The notes: generated by a model from the sequence alone, not told the origin. A stretch of 63,140 nt of DNA, filler included, from Octopus bimaculoides (GCF_001194135.2; 7 parts of 4 records of this genome joined end to end with filler, not necessarily neighbours in it); one strand, 5' to 3'; positions 1 through 13,050 are shown, counted from the first letter of the whole stretch. Made by a program: numbers and translations.

Positions 1-500
1 CCTGTAAATATCTGCAGGATCATCAGAACCGGGTTCTAATCTGATCTGGCAGAATTTCTACACCTGGATGCCCTTCCTAACGCCAACCACTCCGAGAGTG
101 CAGTGGGTGCTTTTACATAACACCGACATGAGGGTCAGTCAGGCAGTACTGGCAATGGCCACACTCAAATGGTGTTTTTTATGTGCCACCTGCACAGGAG
201 CCAGGCCAGTGGCACTGGCAATGACCTCGCTCGGATGTTTTTTCACGTGCCATTGGCACAAGTGCCAGTAAGGCAACGCTGGTAATGGTCACACTCAAAT
301 GGTGCTATTTACGTGCCACCGGCATGGAAACCAGACAGTTGCTCTGGCAATGATCAGGCTCAGACAGTGCTGTTAGCACTCCACTGACACAGGTGATAGT
401 CATTGAACTTGGTTCAATTTCGATTTTGATTTTGATTTCACTTGCCCCAACAGGTCTTCGCAAGCAGAGTTTAGTGTCCAATGAAGGAAAGGTACACATG
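1..500 (-). mobile_element. RTE LINE 3' UTR fragment with ~60-bp degenerate tandem repeats
   Basis: Same motifs and orientation as the 3' UTR of the RTE copy at 3700-4130 (ttttacgtgccacc..cacaggagccagtc..; caggtcttcgcaagcagagttt). Truncated at about 500. Confidence 0.75.
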
Positions 501-519
501 ATGTTTACTAATAATGATA

Positions 520-1251
520 ATATAAAAAATAAGAAGGATATTATATGGTTAATTATTCCGTATGGGGATCAAGTTATGAGTAATATTATTAAGGAGACAT
601 ATAAAATAGTAAAAATGGTTTTTGAAAAGGACAATAGTTATTCAAATATATTTTCCAATAAAACCATAAGAGATACTCAGCATCGAGAAATGTAGGCAAT
701 ATCATTTCTTCTATAAATAATAAGAAATTAAATAATTATTATAATAGCAAAATAAATAATAGCTCTACCCATAATATAACCGATAGTGATAAAAGTCTTA
801 ATCAACATACAGAAAAATGTTCATATCATGATAAGACTAAATGTAAGCTCTCTAATAATTGTAATATAGATAATGTAATTTATAAATGTATAGTCAGCTC
901 TAAGAACAATAATAATAAAATTATAAATAAGGCTTATATTGGATCAACAGCTAATAAAATTTAAAAAAGAATATTCCAACACTACCAGACCTTTAAAAAT
1001 CCCAATTTAAGTAAGTCTACAGGCTTAAGTAAATATATATGGGAATTAAAATCTAGAAAAAGAGAGTACACCATTAATTGTAGTATTATAGGTAGAGCCC
1101 ACTCCTATAATATTGGGAATAAAATGTATTTATTATGCATAACTGAATTTATGAAACTACTACAGTCTAGAGATGAATTACAAAACATGATGAACGAAGA
1201 TTTAAATGTAGGCACCAAAGTAATTTTACATTTAGTAAAATGAAGTACTGA
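520..1251 (+). pseudogene. Penelope-like element C-terminal linker plus GIY-YIG endonuclease, frameshifted
   Basis: Joined frames read IIWLIIPY..NIFSNKTIR / CKLSNNCNIDNVIYKCIV..AYIGSTANK / FKKRIFQH..LSKYIWELK / SYNIGNKMYLLCITE / KCRHQSNFTFSKMKY*. This is the VY..YIG, R, E, CRH pattern of PLE endonucleases. Confidence 0.85.
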
Positions 1252-1847
1252 ACCCCTAACCCCTGAATCAAATAACCACATAATTTTATTTCTAAAGCAC
1301 TTCAATAGAGTATATAAATAAACAAAAAAAAAAATTATAATGCAATAATTTAAATTAAATAAATATATGAATTAAATATTACTAAAATTATATAATAACA
1401 AATTATATATATCTCCCAATATAGGAAAATTTGAAAATAATAATAGAGGATAATTTAAAATTAAAACTATGTATTGTGTAATTACCCCCTTTGGTACTAA
1501 TCACCTATAAATACCCATAGTTCCCAGTTATCTTCCTCCTCAAATCACCATTTTAGTACCATCAAAAGGAAGATATGTATTTGAATTTTTCTTGTTATAT
1601 ATCACATTTAATCACAGACATTTTCATTCTGATGTTTAATCTTACATCTCACATTCTGTATTTGACATATACTTGATTTTACATGATTGATATATATACT
1701 AATTCATATTTATAATGAATAGTTCATAAATTTTAATTCTTAATATTACAAAGTATAATTTTTAATCTTAATTTTTAATCTTTAATGCTTAATTATATTG
1801 CTTATTTTTAAAGAGATGTAAAATTAGATATATGATATTTTGAAATA

Positions 1848-1982
1848 GAACCTGAAGATGTGTTGGAATAATTGTAAAATCTGACAAATGCATATATGTA
1901 TTTATATATGTATATATATAGGTATACAGTTGTGTATATGTATATATATTGTAATCTTCCAATACTGAAACACGAGTAGTTC
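1848..1982 (+). ncRNA. Type I hammerhead-ribozyme-like motif in a PLE terminal repeat
   Basis: gaac-CTGAAGA-t-gtgttggaa...ttccaatac-t-GAAA-c-acga-g-TA-gttc. Stem I is 4 bp, stem II is 9 bp, stem III is minimal, and the cleavage triplet is GUA. It lies about 600 bp downstream of the PLE endonuclease on the same strand. Confidence 0.55.
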
Positions 1983-2460
1983 CTTCATATTTAATAAATA
2001 TAGATATTAACTAAAGTAGGATATAATTAATGAAGTATATAATATACTCTGCTGGTAATTTTGGTTATATCCTTTAAGTATTATTTCGTGATGTGCAAAC
2101 TGATATCATGAGTTTACTGTCAGATTTCCTCATTAGGTTATTTTTGTATTACCTGAAATAGAATACCCACATATCGATTAATCCCCAAAAATTGAATTAA
2201 TATTGACTTTTATCAGATCCTTTGTATATTTATAGATAAATATATAAATATACGACAAATGAGACCCCAAAGTATGATATGTAGATGCATATAACACTGA
2301 AGGGTTGCACCTGATTGATTTGGAAATTATTTTTCCCAAATTATTTATATATATATAAATATATATAAAACAAATAATAAATGAGTATATGCATATATAC
2401 GTACAGGTATATGCATACCTACGTCTACCTGTGTATACAGCCAGACGTGAAAAATTATGT

Positions 2461-2673
2461 GTAGTCCATTAAGAACAAATAAATCTCCCTCAACACCACC
2501 AAATTCCACTCAGTGGCCACATAGACTCTTGCGCCAGAAACAAAAACCCTAAATTCCTTATATTCCCTTTCTATCAATGTAAAGACAGAATCTCCACACA
2601 AGAAAAAATCAACAAGGAGAATCTTTTCATAGAGAAATTCCAACCACTTCTTAACACACAAACCCCTCAGTGA
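2461..2673 (+). pseudogene. Second PLE GIY-YIG C-terminal fragment
   Basis: Translates VVH*EQINLPQHHQIPLSGHIDSCARNKNPKFLIFPFYQCKDRISTQEKINKENLFIEKFQPLLNTQTPQ*. The E..FI..F.P.LN ending is typical of GIY-YIG domains. Confidence 0.65.
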
Positions 2674-3223
2674 CCATATTTCTTTAAGAACAAACATAAA
2701 CTTCCTGTTGACAAAGAGTCCAGAACTCCAACTAAAGAGTATAAAACCCACAGAATTGTCTTCCCTTACTCACACTTCTTGTTTTGACACCACACTTCCT
2801 GCTTAACACATAAACCTTCAGTCCCTTTTCTTATTTTAAACCAAACACAACTCTCAATTTCATGCATCCTAATTTTTCCAACTATTATCTATATGGATTA
2901 CCATTGAACTTTAAAAGCTCAAAGACAATATAATGTATTGGTATATTTATTTTCTTATATATTATTTTTTTATATATTATTTTTTTACTTTTTTGTAAAN
3001 NNNNNNNNNNNNNNNNNNNNNNNNNNNNNNNNNNNNNNNNNNNNNNNNNNNNNNNNNNNNNNNNNNNNNNNNNNNNNNNNNNNNNNNNNNNNNNNNNNNN
3101 NNNNNNNNNNNNNNNNNNNNNNNNNNNNNNNNNNNNNNNNNNNNNNNNNNNNNNNNNNNNNNNNNNNNNNNNNNNNNNNNNNNNNNNNNNNNNNNNNATA
3201 TTGGACTACTGATCTCAAGATGT

Positions 3224-3385
3224 TTTTTTATTATTTTCTCTCTATTTATTTACTCTTACTCCTTTCTGCCAAAGAGTGTAAGCTCAAAACGTAAAAGGCT
3301 TTTCCATTTTTCCTGAGCATCAAACTAATACACTTGCTTGTTGTTCCTACACCTGTCTTCATCTTTGTTTTTCTATAAATTTAAA
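3224..3385 (+). repeat. Dispersed PLE-tail-like repeat (copy 1; others at 31715-31838 and 62715-62890)
   Basis: All three loci share aagagtgtaagctcaaaacgtaaaaggc...actaatac...cctgtcttcatctttgttt. Confidence 0.65.
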
Positions 3386-3579
3386 CTACCTTGCAGAATT
3401 TTTTGTCAAATGAATCGACCCCAGTACTTATTTTTGAAATTTTGATACTTATTCTATCAAATCCTTTTGTCAAACTGCTAAGTTAAGGGAAAATAAACAC
3501 ACCAACTGGTTGTCAAGCAGTAGAAGGGGAACATATACAAACACGAAGGCACATACACACACACACAAACATATACATA

Positions 3580-6500
3580 TCATCATCATCATCGTCGTCG
3601 TCGTTTAATGTCTGCTTTCCATGCTGGCATGGGTTGGACAGTTTGACTGAGGGCTGGCGAGCAAGAAGGCTGCACCAGGCTCCAATCTTATCTGGCAAAG
3701 TTTCTACAGCTAGATGCCCTTCTTAATGCCAACCACTGAGTGTAGTGGTTGCTTTTACATGCCATCAGCACGCGAGCCAGTCAGGCAGTACTGGCATCGA
3801 CCACGCTCAAATGTTGCTTTTTACGTGCCACCTGCACAGGAGCCAGTCAGATGGTACTGGCAACGACCATGCACAAATGGTGTTTTTTACATGTCACTGG
3901 CACAGGGGCCAGTCAGGCAACACGGGCAATGACCATGCTCGAGTGGTGCTTTTTACATGCCACCAGCATGGGAGCCAGTCAGGCGACCCTGGAAATGATC
4001 ACACTCGAATGGTGCTTTTAACCTTCCACTAGCACAGGTGCCAATCAGGCTCTACTGTCATCGGCCATAACAACGATTTCACTTGCCTCAACAGGTCTTC
4101 ACAAGTGCAGTTTATTGCCCAGTGATTGAAGGGTACTCTTAAATGGGCTGGTTATGCAGCACTGTCATAAGCCACGGTTATGGTCTCACTTGGCTTGCTG
4201 GGTCTTCTCAAGCACAGCATATCTCCAAAGGTCTCGGTCATTTGTCATCATGCTTCACCATTTCATCCCAGGTCATCCTGGGTCTACCTCTTCCCCAGGT
4301 TCCCTCAACTGCTAGGGTGTGACACTTTTTCACACAGCTGTCCTCATCCATTCGCAACACATGACAATACCAGCACAGACATCTCTCTTGAACACTACAT
4401 CTGATACTTCTAAAGTTCAACTTTTCTCTCAGGGCATTAACCCTCTGTTCTGTATGCATGCTGACATTACACATCCAGCAGAGCATACTGGCTTCATTTC
4501 TTGCAAGCTTACACATGTCCTCAGCAGTCATGGCCCATGTTTCACTGCCATGTAGCATGGCTGTTCACACACATGCATCATACAGTCTACCTTTTACTCT
4601 GAGCAAGGAGCCTTTTGTCACCAGCAGAGGTAGGAGCTCTCTGAACTTTGCCCAGGCTATTCTTATTCTAGCAGCTACACTTTCAGAGCATTCACCCCCG
4701 CTGTTGACTTGGTCACCTAGGTAACGGAAGTTATCAACTACTTGTAGTTTTTCCCCCTGGAATGTGACAGAAGCTGTACTCTGCACATTTTCAGTGTTTA
4801 TTGCTCCTGAGCATTTGCCACAAACACAAAAACTATCTTCTCAGTTAGCCTTACTTTGATATTGCTGCACCTCTTATGTGTCCAAAGCTTACGCTGGGTA
4901 CATCTTATGGAGTTTCTACCTATACCTTTTCTACAGATCGAGCAGGGCCATCTACCTGAAGGGATTTGTGGTTTGTGGTTTGTCTGCCTTCCAACTTATT
5001 AAGACTTTGATTTTTGCTAGATTGACTCTAAGGCCCTTCGATTCTAGTCCTTGCTTCCACACCTGAAACTTCTCCTCTAGTTCTGATAGTGCCTCAGCAA
5101 TTAGTGCAAGGTCATCAGCATAGAGAAGCTCCCAGAGGTATCCTGTCTTGAATTCCTCTGTTATTGCCTGGAGGACTATGATGAATAAGAGGGAACTGAG
5201 GACTGAATCTTGGTGGACTCCTACTCCTACCCAGAATTCTTCACTGTACTCGTTGCCAACCCTCACCTTACTGACAGCATCCCTGTACATGGCTTGTACA
5301 GCTTTCACTAACCATTCATCTATCCCTAGTTTCCTCATTGACCACCAGATAAGTGGTCAGGGGACCCTGTCAAAGGTTTTCTCCATGTCAATGAAAGCCA
5401 GGTACAGAGGTTTATCCTTGGCTAGGTATTTCTCCTGCAGCTGTCTTACCAGAAATATAGCACCAGTGGTACTTTTCCCTGGCATGAACCTAAACTGCAT
5501 CTCATCTAGATTAACTCTTTCCCTAATTAGTTGGACTATGACCCTCTCCGTGACTTTCATTACCTAGTCCAACAAATTGATAGCTCTGTAATTATTTGTA
5601 TCTAATGCATTACCTTTACCTTTGTAGCAGTTGACTATGGTGCTGCTACACCAGTCATTAGGTATGACTCCTTCATGTATCACTTGGTTGACTATACAGG
5701 TGACTAGACTATAGCTAACACCGCCAGATATTTTAAGCATCACTGCGGTGATTCTTGATGAGCCAGGGGCTTTCCCTGTCTTCATACCCTTAATTGCTTT
5801 ATCTACCAAGGTACTGTCAATTCAGATAGCTGGTCCCTCTGTTGGGTCAACATTCAGCAGACTTTCTTTCTCCCATTCATTCTCTTGATTTAGCAACTTT
5901 TCATAGTGGCATCTCCAAGTCTCTCTCCATGCAGCCTCATTAAATGCAAGTGAGTCATCATCCATCTGGACACATTTCTCTCCTATGACATCACGATTCT
6001 CTCTCACACACTGTTTTGCAACACAAAACACCTCTTTGGTCCTCACAACGCGGAACATTGGTAATTTTTTCTTATCCGCTTCCCCTCTGGCTAAATAAAC
6101 CTGTCTCTTAGCTTCCCTTCTGACAGTCTGATACAATTCCCTGCTACCACCATTCTTCCAGTCCTTCCATGCCTGTTTGTTTTCCCTAATGGCCCTGTCA
6201 ACTACATTGTTCCACCACCACATTACCTTGGGTCAAGAGGGGATTTGCACCATCCACAGATCTGGTCAGTGGCCCTCAACAGGTTGTCCTGTATAAACCT
6301 CTAGCTGTTTTCCACATCATGTGATGCTTTATCCCCCTCTATTTTGTCAAAAGCTTTGAGTAATATGTCTCTAAATCTCTATTCATTTGCAGGATCCTTA
6401 AGCTTCTAAACCCTTCTCCTCCATGCTGGTCATCTTCTGGGCATCCATGTAGCCCTGATCCTGAAGTCACTAACGACTAATTTATGTTGTGGGGTGCATT

Positions 6501-8342
6501 CTTCACCTGGGAAGGTTTTGGCATTTATGAGTAGCCATCTTTCCCGTTTCCTGGCAAGGATGTGGTCAATTTGACTAGTGTGTCTACCAGATCGGTAAGT
6601 GAATAGGTGACTGGCAGCTTTCCTGAAATTAGTATTACAAACCATAAGATCATTTGCATCATAGAACTCCAACAGCCTGGTTCCCTCCTCATTGCAGGAA
6701 CCAAAAACCATAGCCTCCATGTATGCCATGAAAGCCCCCTGCATGTTGTCCAAGATGCCCATTGAAGTCACCAATCACAAAGAGAAGGTCCTTGTCATTC
6801 GTCGACAAGGTAGTCTGCAAGAGACTGTCATAAAATCGGTCTTTCTGTTTATCAGGTAACCTTGGCTGAGGGGCATAGGCTGCGATAATGGTTGCTAACC
6901 CATGTTGCAGCACTAATCTAATTTTAAGTATTCTATCATAGACTTTGACTACCTCGATTACCTTATCAACCCATTTCTCCACAAGAAGTATACCCACGCC
7001 TCCGACCCCATCAGTGTTCCCTTCCCAGAAAATCTTATACCTATGTTCTTTGCCTGTGAAGAACCTAACAGAACCTCCTCTCCACCTTACTTCTTGGATG
7101 CAGCACAAATCTACACATCTCCATTCAAGCATCTCATCAGACCTACCTTTCAGTGTGCCAACCCTGAGGGTGTAGGAAGTGTGGGCCTGTGAGACCCTGG
7201 GATGGAAGACAGCAGCATCATGTACCTAAAAAGAAAGCTCGCATTTAGTAGAACTCATGTACATACAATAGCCTTCAACCTGCATACACTACACTATCAT
7301 TATTATGTGCTAGATAATCACTACCTTACATAGGAGATAAACCCTAAGTTGGGATGGGGGAGCACTAAGCCTTTAGAAGTGTTCATGGGAGACATCTGAT
7401 AGAGGTAAGAGGATAGAGACTTCCGGTACAGATAGTAGGAGTGGAAAGGGCAAGCACACCATGAAACAGCAAAAACTCAGGCTACCGGTGTCAGAGAATA
7501 TTATGATAATAATGAGATAGAATTGGGCATTTGAAATTCTTAACTAGATCTACAACCAAGAGTTTTTGGTCAGCCAAACTGTGACAAAATTAGATAAATG
7601 AATGAATAAGTGATGATAGTAAATGAGCGTGAAAGAGAGGGGAAAAAAATAGAATTGGATCGAGCGAAGGGATCTTAAGTTTTTTGGGGGTTTTTTCTTA
7701 AACATACAGCGTAGAAGACGAAACTGTGTCTACATAGATAATGAAATAGATAGAATAATGAAATGAACTAATAAGGTAATTATGATCTGCACTGAAAAGA
7801 GAGGTTTAGATGTACTAAGTTGAAAAACAAGATTGCTTATCTGAACATCTTCTGGTTTTCTACTCCTTTGGCGAGGTGATTAAAATGACACAGGGGAATC
7901 TGAATGAGCTAGTTTATATAGAGTGGGGTGGGGGAGAAGGAGGTAAGTGTTGGGGAAGCAAGTGGTTATCAAAACAGAGAGGGAGAGAGAGAGAGCAGAG
8001 TTAGGCTGGTCAAAGATAGAACACGAGGAGATGGAATTTTGGAATTTAGAGTAACATAATTTAATGAATGGATTTAACATGGCCATGAAACAGCAAAAAC
8101 TCAGGCTGCCAGTATCAGAAAATATCATGATAATAATGAGATAGAATTGGGCATTTGAAATTCTTAATTAGAGCTATAACCAAGAGTTTTCGGTCAACCA
8201 AACTGTGACAAAATTAGATAAATGAATGAATGAGTGACGATAAATGAGCGTGAAAGAGAGGGAAAAAGAGAGAGAATTGGATTGAATGAAGGAATCTTAA
8301 GTTTTTTTGTTTGTTTTTAAGCATACAGCATGGAAAACGAAA
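3580..8342 (-). mobile_element. Near full-length decayed RTE-clade LINE (APE endonuclease plus reverse transcriptase)
   Basis: The minus strand gives APE motifs (CCIQEVRW, AYAP, IGDFNGH, SQIDHIL), RT motifs (FIDMEKTFDRVP, LYADDL with YADD at 5111-5122, FRYLG) and the RTE C-terminus (MLHGSETW, GRGRPRMTW). There are many stops and frameshifts, and a (CAT)n tail at about 3580-3600. Confidence 0.93.
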
Positions 8343-8361
8343 TATAAAAAATATATATATA

Positions 8362-9621
8362 CAGACATGCAGGAAGTAAATAGACACCTTTAATTTTCAG
8401 AATTTCTGATCTAAGTGTCTTAATGTTTTCAGCAGTGTAAAATTTACAGTGTAATTATTCTTTTTCATTCCAGATGCCATTATATTAAACATTTGCGAAG
8501 ATTAACCATGCCATGCACAAAAAATTCAGCAGAACTATCAGATTTTCAAAGAGGTTGTATTGTTGGGCAATCTGAGGCTGGTCTTAGCCAGTGAAAAATT
8601 GCCGAAAATCTTCAAATTCCTCTTGTTACTGTTAATAGAATTATAGTGCAATTCAAAAGCCAAGGAAAAGAATCAACAGGTTCTTGTCCTGGCTGACCTG
8701 GGCCTTTGGAAAGGAAGCTTCACTGTTTGAAGAAAAGTGTGGAAAATGAACCCCGTTCGAAGGCTTCTGACATTGCAAAACAGCTAGAAGTTAGTCCAAG
8801 AACGTGTGTTACATATCTACATAAGCTTGGGCATTATGGACAAGCAGCTAGAAGAAAAACTCTCCTTCAACCATGAAAAGAAAGAAATAGGCTGAGGAGA
8901 TGTCAGAAAAATCCAGTTCATTTTGGGATAGAGTGATCCTGTCGGATGAATTCAGATTTGCATTATTTTCAGACAATGGACATGTTTGAGTCTGGAGGCT
9001 TCCCAATCAAGAATTTGATATGAAACAATTCCAACCAACTGTGAAACATGGCGGTATCTCTGTAATGGTATGGGGAGCTGTCACCAGCAATGGTCGTTCT
9101 GAGCTGATCGAATGTGTTGGAACCATAAACTCTGAAAAATACATCGACATACTTAAGCAAGGACTACTTACAATGTATTCACACAATAACATAATGAAAA
9201 ATGAGTTTTTATTCATGGAAGATGGGACTCCATGCTGCACAGCATAAAAGAATCAACAATGGCTGACTGAAAATGGGATCAAAAAGCTTCCTTGGCCAAG
9301 CAAATCTCCTGACATGAACCCAAATGAAAATCTTTGGAACATACTAGATAGAGGTATACGAAAAACTCTACAGAATCCTAAATCTAAAGATCAATTGTTT
9401 TGATTGTTGCGTGAAAAGTGGGCAGAAATTCCACAAGAGACAATCACAAAGCTCATCAGTTCAATGCAAAAAAGAGTTTCTGAATTAAAACTGCAAAGGG
9501 AATGTTAACTAAATACTAAAGTATGTAGTCCTACCTATCGAGTACATTTCAATTGTTCGCTTTGCATATTAAATAAAAGATTTTGAAAATTAAAGGTGTC
9601 CATTTACTTCCTGCATGTCTG
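8362..9621 (+). mobile_element. Tc1/mariner DD34E DNA transposon, complete but inactivated
   Basis: 38-bp TIRs cagacatgcaggaagtaaat(a/g)gacacctttaattttca with 1 mismatch, and TA on the left flank. The transposase runs from ATG 8508: ELSDFQRGCIVG, VILSDE, TVKHGGISVMVWG, FMEDG, WPSKSPDMNPNENLW. There are 34 residues between D and E and several in-frame stops. Confidence 0.95.
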
Positions 9622-9629
9622 TGTATATA

Positions 9630-9900
9630 TAAGTGCAGACATGACTGTGTGGTAAGAAGTTTCCCATCCACATCGTTCCAGGTTCAATCCTACTTTGTGG
9701 CATCTTGGACTGATCAAAGCTTTGTAAGTGGGTTTGATAGATGGAAAATATATATATATATATACATATATGATGAGCTTCTTTCAGTTTCTGTCTGTCA
9801 AACCCACTCCCAAAGCTTTGATCAGCCCAAGGTGCCACACAGTAGGATTGAATCCGGAACCATGTTGTTGGGATGCAAACTTCTTACCACACAGCTACAT
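9630..9900. mobile_element. Fragments of a CORE-like tRNA-derived SINE (two partial heads, opposite orientations)
   Basis: Matches the family at 60909-61200 (gtgtggtaagaag..ggttcaatcc..gtggcatcttgg; caaagctttg..caaggtgccacac). Confidence 0.65.
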
Positions 9901-10078
9901 TTGCACTTATTATCGCAATATGAGCCAACCTTAGCTAGTTTCTTTTTCGGCCCTTTTAATTCGATTTAAGGTTTGTTCTAATATTTAGACATAACCCATT
10001 TTTATTATTGTTGATGATAGTTTGGAACTTTTTCTTGGTTCCTTCCCTCTGATTCTCTCCTGTTGGCTCCAGCTAAAG

Positions 10079-10420
10079 CAGGCAGTTCTCAACAATTTTT
10101 TTTATCTATGGACACTTTTGATTACTATTTTATTCTGGTGGGCCCCAATAGCCATTTGATGTTTAAAAACTAGTCTTACAGGAACTTCTTTCCAAATTCG
10201 TATTTTGTTTTTCATACATTAGGCTGAGCTATGTAAAATGTTAGAGAAAGAAACCTAGCTGTTTCTTCCAATACATATTAATACATACATCTAAAGCGAA
10301 ATTTGCTCAGGAGCCCTTAAAATACAACTGTGAATCTCCAGTTTACTATTTTGTTGAGTGGACCTCAAATTTCGTATATGGAACCTCAGGGGCTATAGGG
10401 ACCCCAATTGGGAACCACTG
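10079..10420. mobile_element. hAT/Charlie-like MITE
   Basis: Ends caggcagttctcaac...ttgggaaccactg resemble the CAGTGGTTCTCAAC TIR. The 8-bp flanks agctaaag and atctaatg match at 6/8 and resemble the NTCTAGAN target. Confidence 0.65.
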
Positions 10421-11277
10421 ATCTAATGTATTGTATTTGTTTGGATGAAATCTTGTATATGATTTCACAGCTTGCAAGGTTAACGCATGCAAAATACATG
10501 TGCCATTATTTTACAAGGTCTGATAAAAGAATGTTTATCTTTATGTACCATGATATAGCAGGGCTCTGGTGGACAAGGTAATTGGTAACCATGAGTTTCA
10601 TATTATGCAAATGAAGAGCATGTGTTATATTATTTATAGTTTTCTAGTCAGTCCAATATCTAGGATGTGGTAATGGCAGCAGAATTATTCATGATTGTGG
10701 CAATGGTGGTGGTGGTAGTGGTGGTATGGTTTTATTCCATCTGTACTTTCTGTTGGAAGAGTGGGTGGCTTCAGAATCTGCAACGTACTTCTAGGGTGTT
10801 TGGATCTCTCTCTGGTTTTACAGTTTCAGCTGACCTTAACCTTGAAAGATACATTCATACATATACATACACACCTCCAGTTCGTCACATCACAGTGTTC
10901 AGTATACAGATATTTTTTCACGTCTGGCCTACAGTCCTTCTTGTTTATTTTCACTGTTTCATTTTCCTGTCATGTTTTCTGTTTGCCATTTAATTCCTCC
11001 GCATTACAAATTTAATTTAATTTGTTTCCGCTGGAAGAACTATTTTAATCATGCATCCTGCCCTAATTCTTCGAAACACTTAGTTTAGAATAGGGGCAGC
11101 TGATGAAGGAAATATTCTCTATGTGGCCTGTTTGTTTTCTGTGCTCTGTTTATGTTCTGTTCATTTTGTCCACATTTTTTTGTGATGCCCTGTACCCAGA
11201 TATGCATCTATATATACATGTAGATGTAGGTATGTATACACATGTACGTATATATGCATATACTCACATATTTGTAT

Positions 11278-11313
<36 letters not shown>

Positions 11314-11805
11314 GAAAGAGGATTTGAAAATGCAGAGGTCTTTTAAAGATGCTTACTGATTTGACCAGTTTCACTTTTTAAAAAAAAAAGATTTTCAAAA
11401 GTAAAATGTAAGGCTTTGTGTAGCCTTTGTTGTGTTAAAAAATGGTTATCATAGACGTATTAAAATACAGTGATACAGTATTTGACGATGATAAGAAAAT
11501 GTTAAAAAATAGAATCTTTGACAATGATAAGAAAATGTTAAGAGACGCTTTTTGTTTAAACAGGTTACATAAAAGCATTCAAAATAGGTAGTAAAATAAA
11601 TTCATAATTATTTATAACTTCATCAAAAATTGTGTTTATATACAGAAAGAATTTGTAGACAGTATTTGCTAGGAGAAAGCGTGTATTGCTTCGACAAAAT
11701 TTCATCAGAAATCATATTTAAGTATTTATACAGAATTTTAGGGGAATGACCAACCTTTTTTCATCATCTCCAGTCTTGCATGTGTGTTTGGTCATATATA
11801 TATTA

Positions 11806-12188
11806 TTCTTTTACTTGTTTCAGTCATTTTACTGCGGCCATGCCGGAGCACTGCCTTAAAGGGTTTAAGTCAAACAAATTGACCCCAGGACTTATTCTTT
11901 GTGAGCCTAGTACTTATTCTATCAGTCTCTTTTGTTGAACCACTAAGTCACAGGGACACCAGCATCGGTTGTCAAGTGATGGTGGGGGGACAAACACAGA
12001 CACACACACATAAATATACATATATGATGGGCTTCTTTCAGTTTCTATCTACCAAAACCCGCTCACAAGGATTTGGCCAGTCCAAGGCTATAGTAGAAGA
12101 CATTTACCCAACGAGCCACACAGTGGGACTGAACCTGGAATTATGAGGTTGGGAATCAAGCTTCTTACCACACAATCATAACTGCACC
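11806..12188 (-). mobile_element. Full-length CORE-like tRNA-derived SINE
   Basis: Reverse complement of the family at 60909, carrying head, CORE-like middle and 3' tail (ttacttgtttcagtcatt..gcggccatgccggagcac). Confidence 0.8.
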
Positions 12189-12948
12189 TGTATTTATATA
12201 TATATATATATATAGATAGATAGATAGATAGATACATACATACATACATACATACATACATACATACATACAAAATTTAGGTTAGTTAAAATATGCTTGT
12301 GGCATATTTCAGCTGTTGAGAGGCAAATACACTGCAGTTACCATGGAGAACATATCTCTCTTATAGTTNNNNNNNNNNNNNNNNNNNNNNNNNNNNNNNN
12401 NNNNNNNNNNNNNNNNNNNNNNNNNNNNNNNNNNNNNNNNNNNNNNNNNNNNNNNNNNNNNNNNNNNNNNNNNNNNNNNNNNNNNNNNNNNNNNNNNNNN
12501 NNNNNNNNNNNNNNNNNNNNNNNNNNNNNNNNNNNNNNNNNNNNNNNNNNNNNNNNNNNNNNNNNNNNNNNNNNNNNNNNNNNNNNNNNNNNNNNNNNNN
12601 NNNNNNNNNNNNNNNNNNNNNNNNNNNNNNNNNNNNNNNNNNNNNNNNNNNNNNNNNNNNNNNNNNTATATATATATATATATATTATGTAATTGTAAGA
12701 TCCAAGGATCTAAGTGTAGGGAATTTGCAAGCTTCGAGCAGTCCATGGTTGTATCTCCAGCAAGTTAATTTGGGATTTCTTAGCGACAATGTAACCTTCA
12801 TTTAACAAAGGTATCTTTGGCTTGATGTGTAGCTGGCAGAGTACCTCTCATTGTGTAATTTTTACATCAGAGGATCTGCTAGCTGGGAAACATATGTAAC
12901 CCTGGATTTTATCTGCTCCATTCCATCAATTGGATATACACACAGATG

Positions 12949-12967
12949 GATAGATAGATAGACAGAC

Positions 12968-13050
<83 letters not shown>

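Noticed and set aside
10990-11130. CTGATGA and GAAAC motifs around a hairpin
   Set aside because: The order and pairing do not build a valid hammerhead. It is probably a decayed repeat tail.
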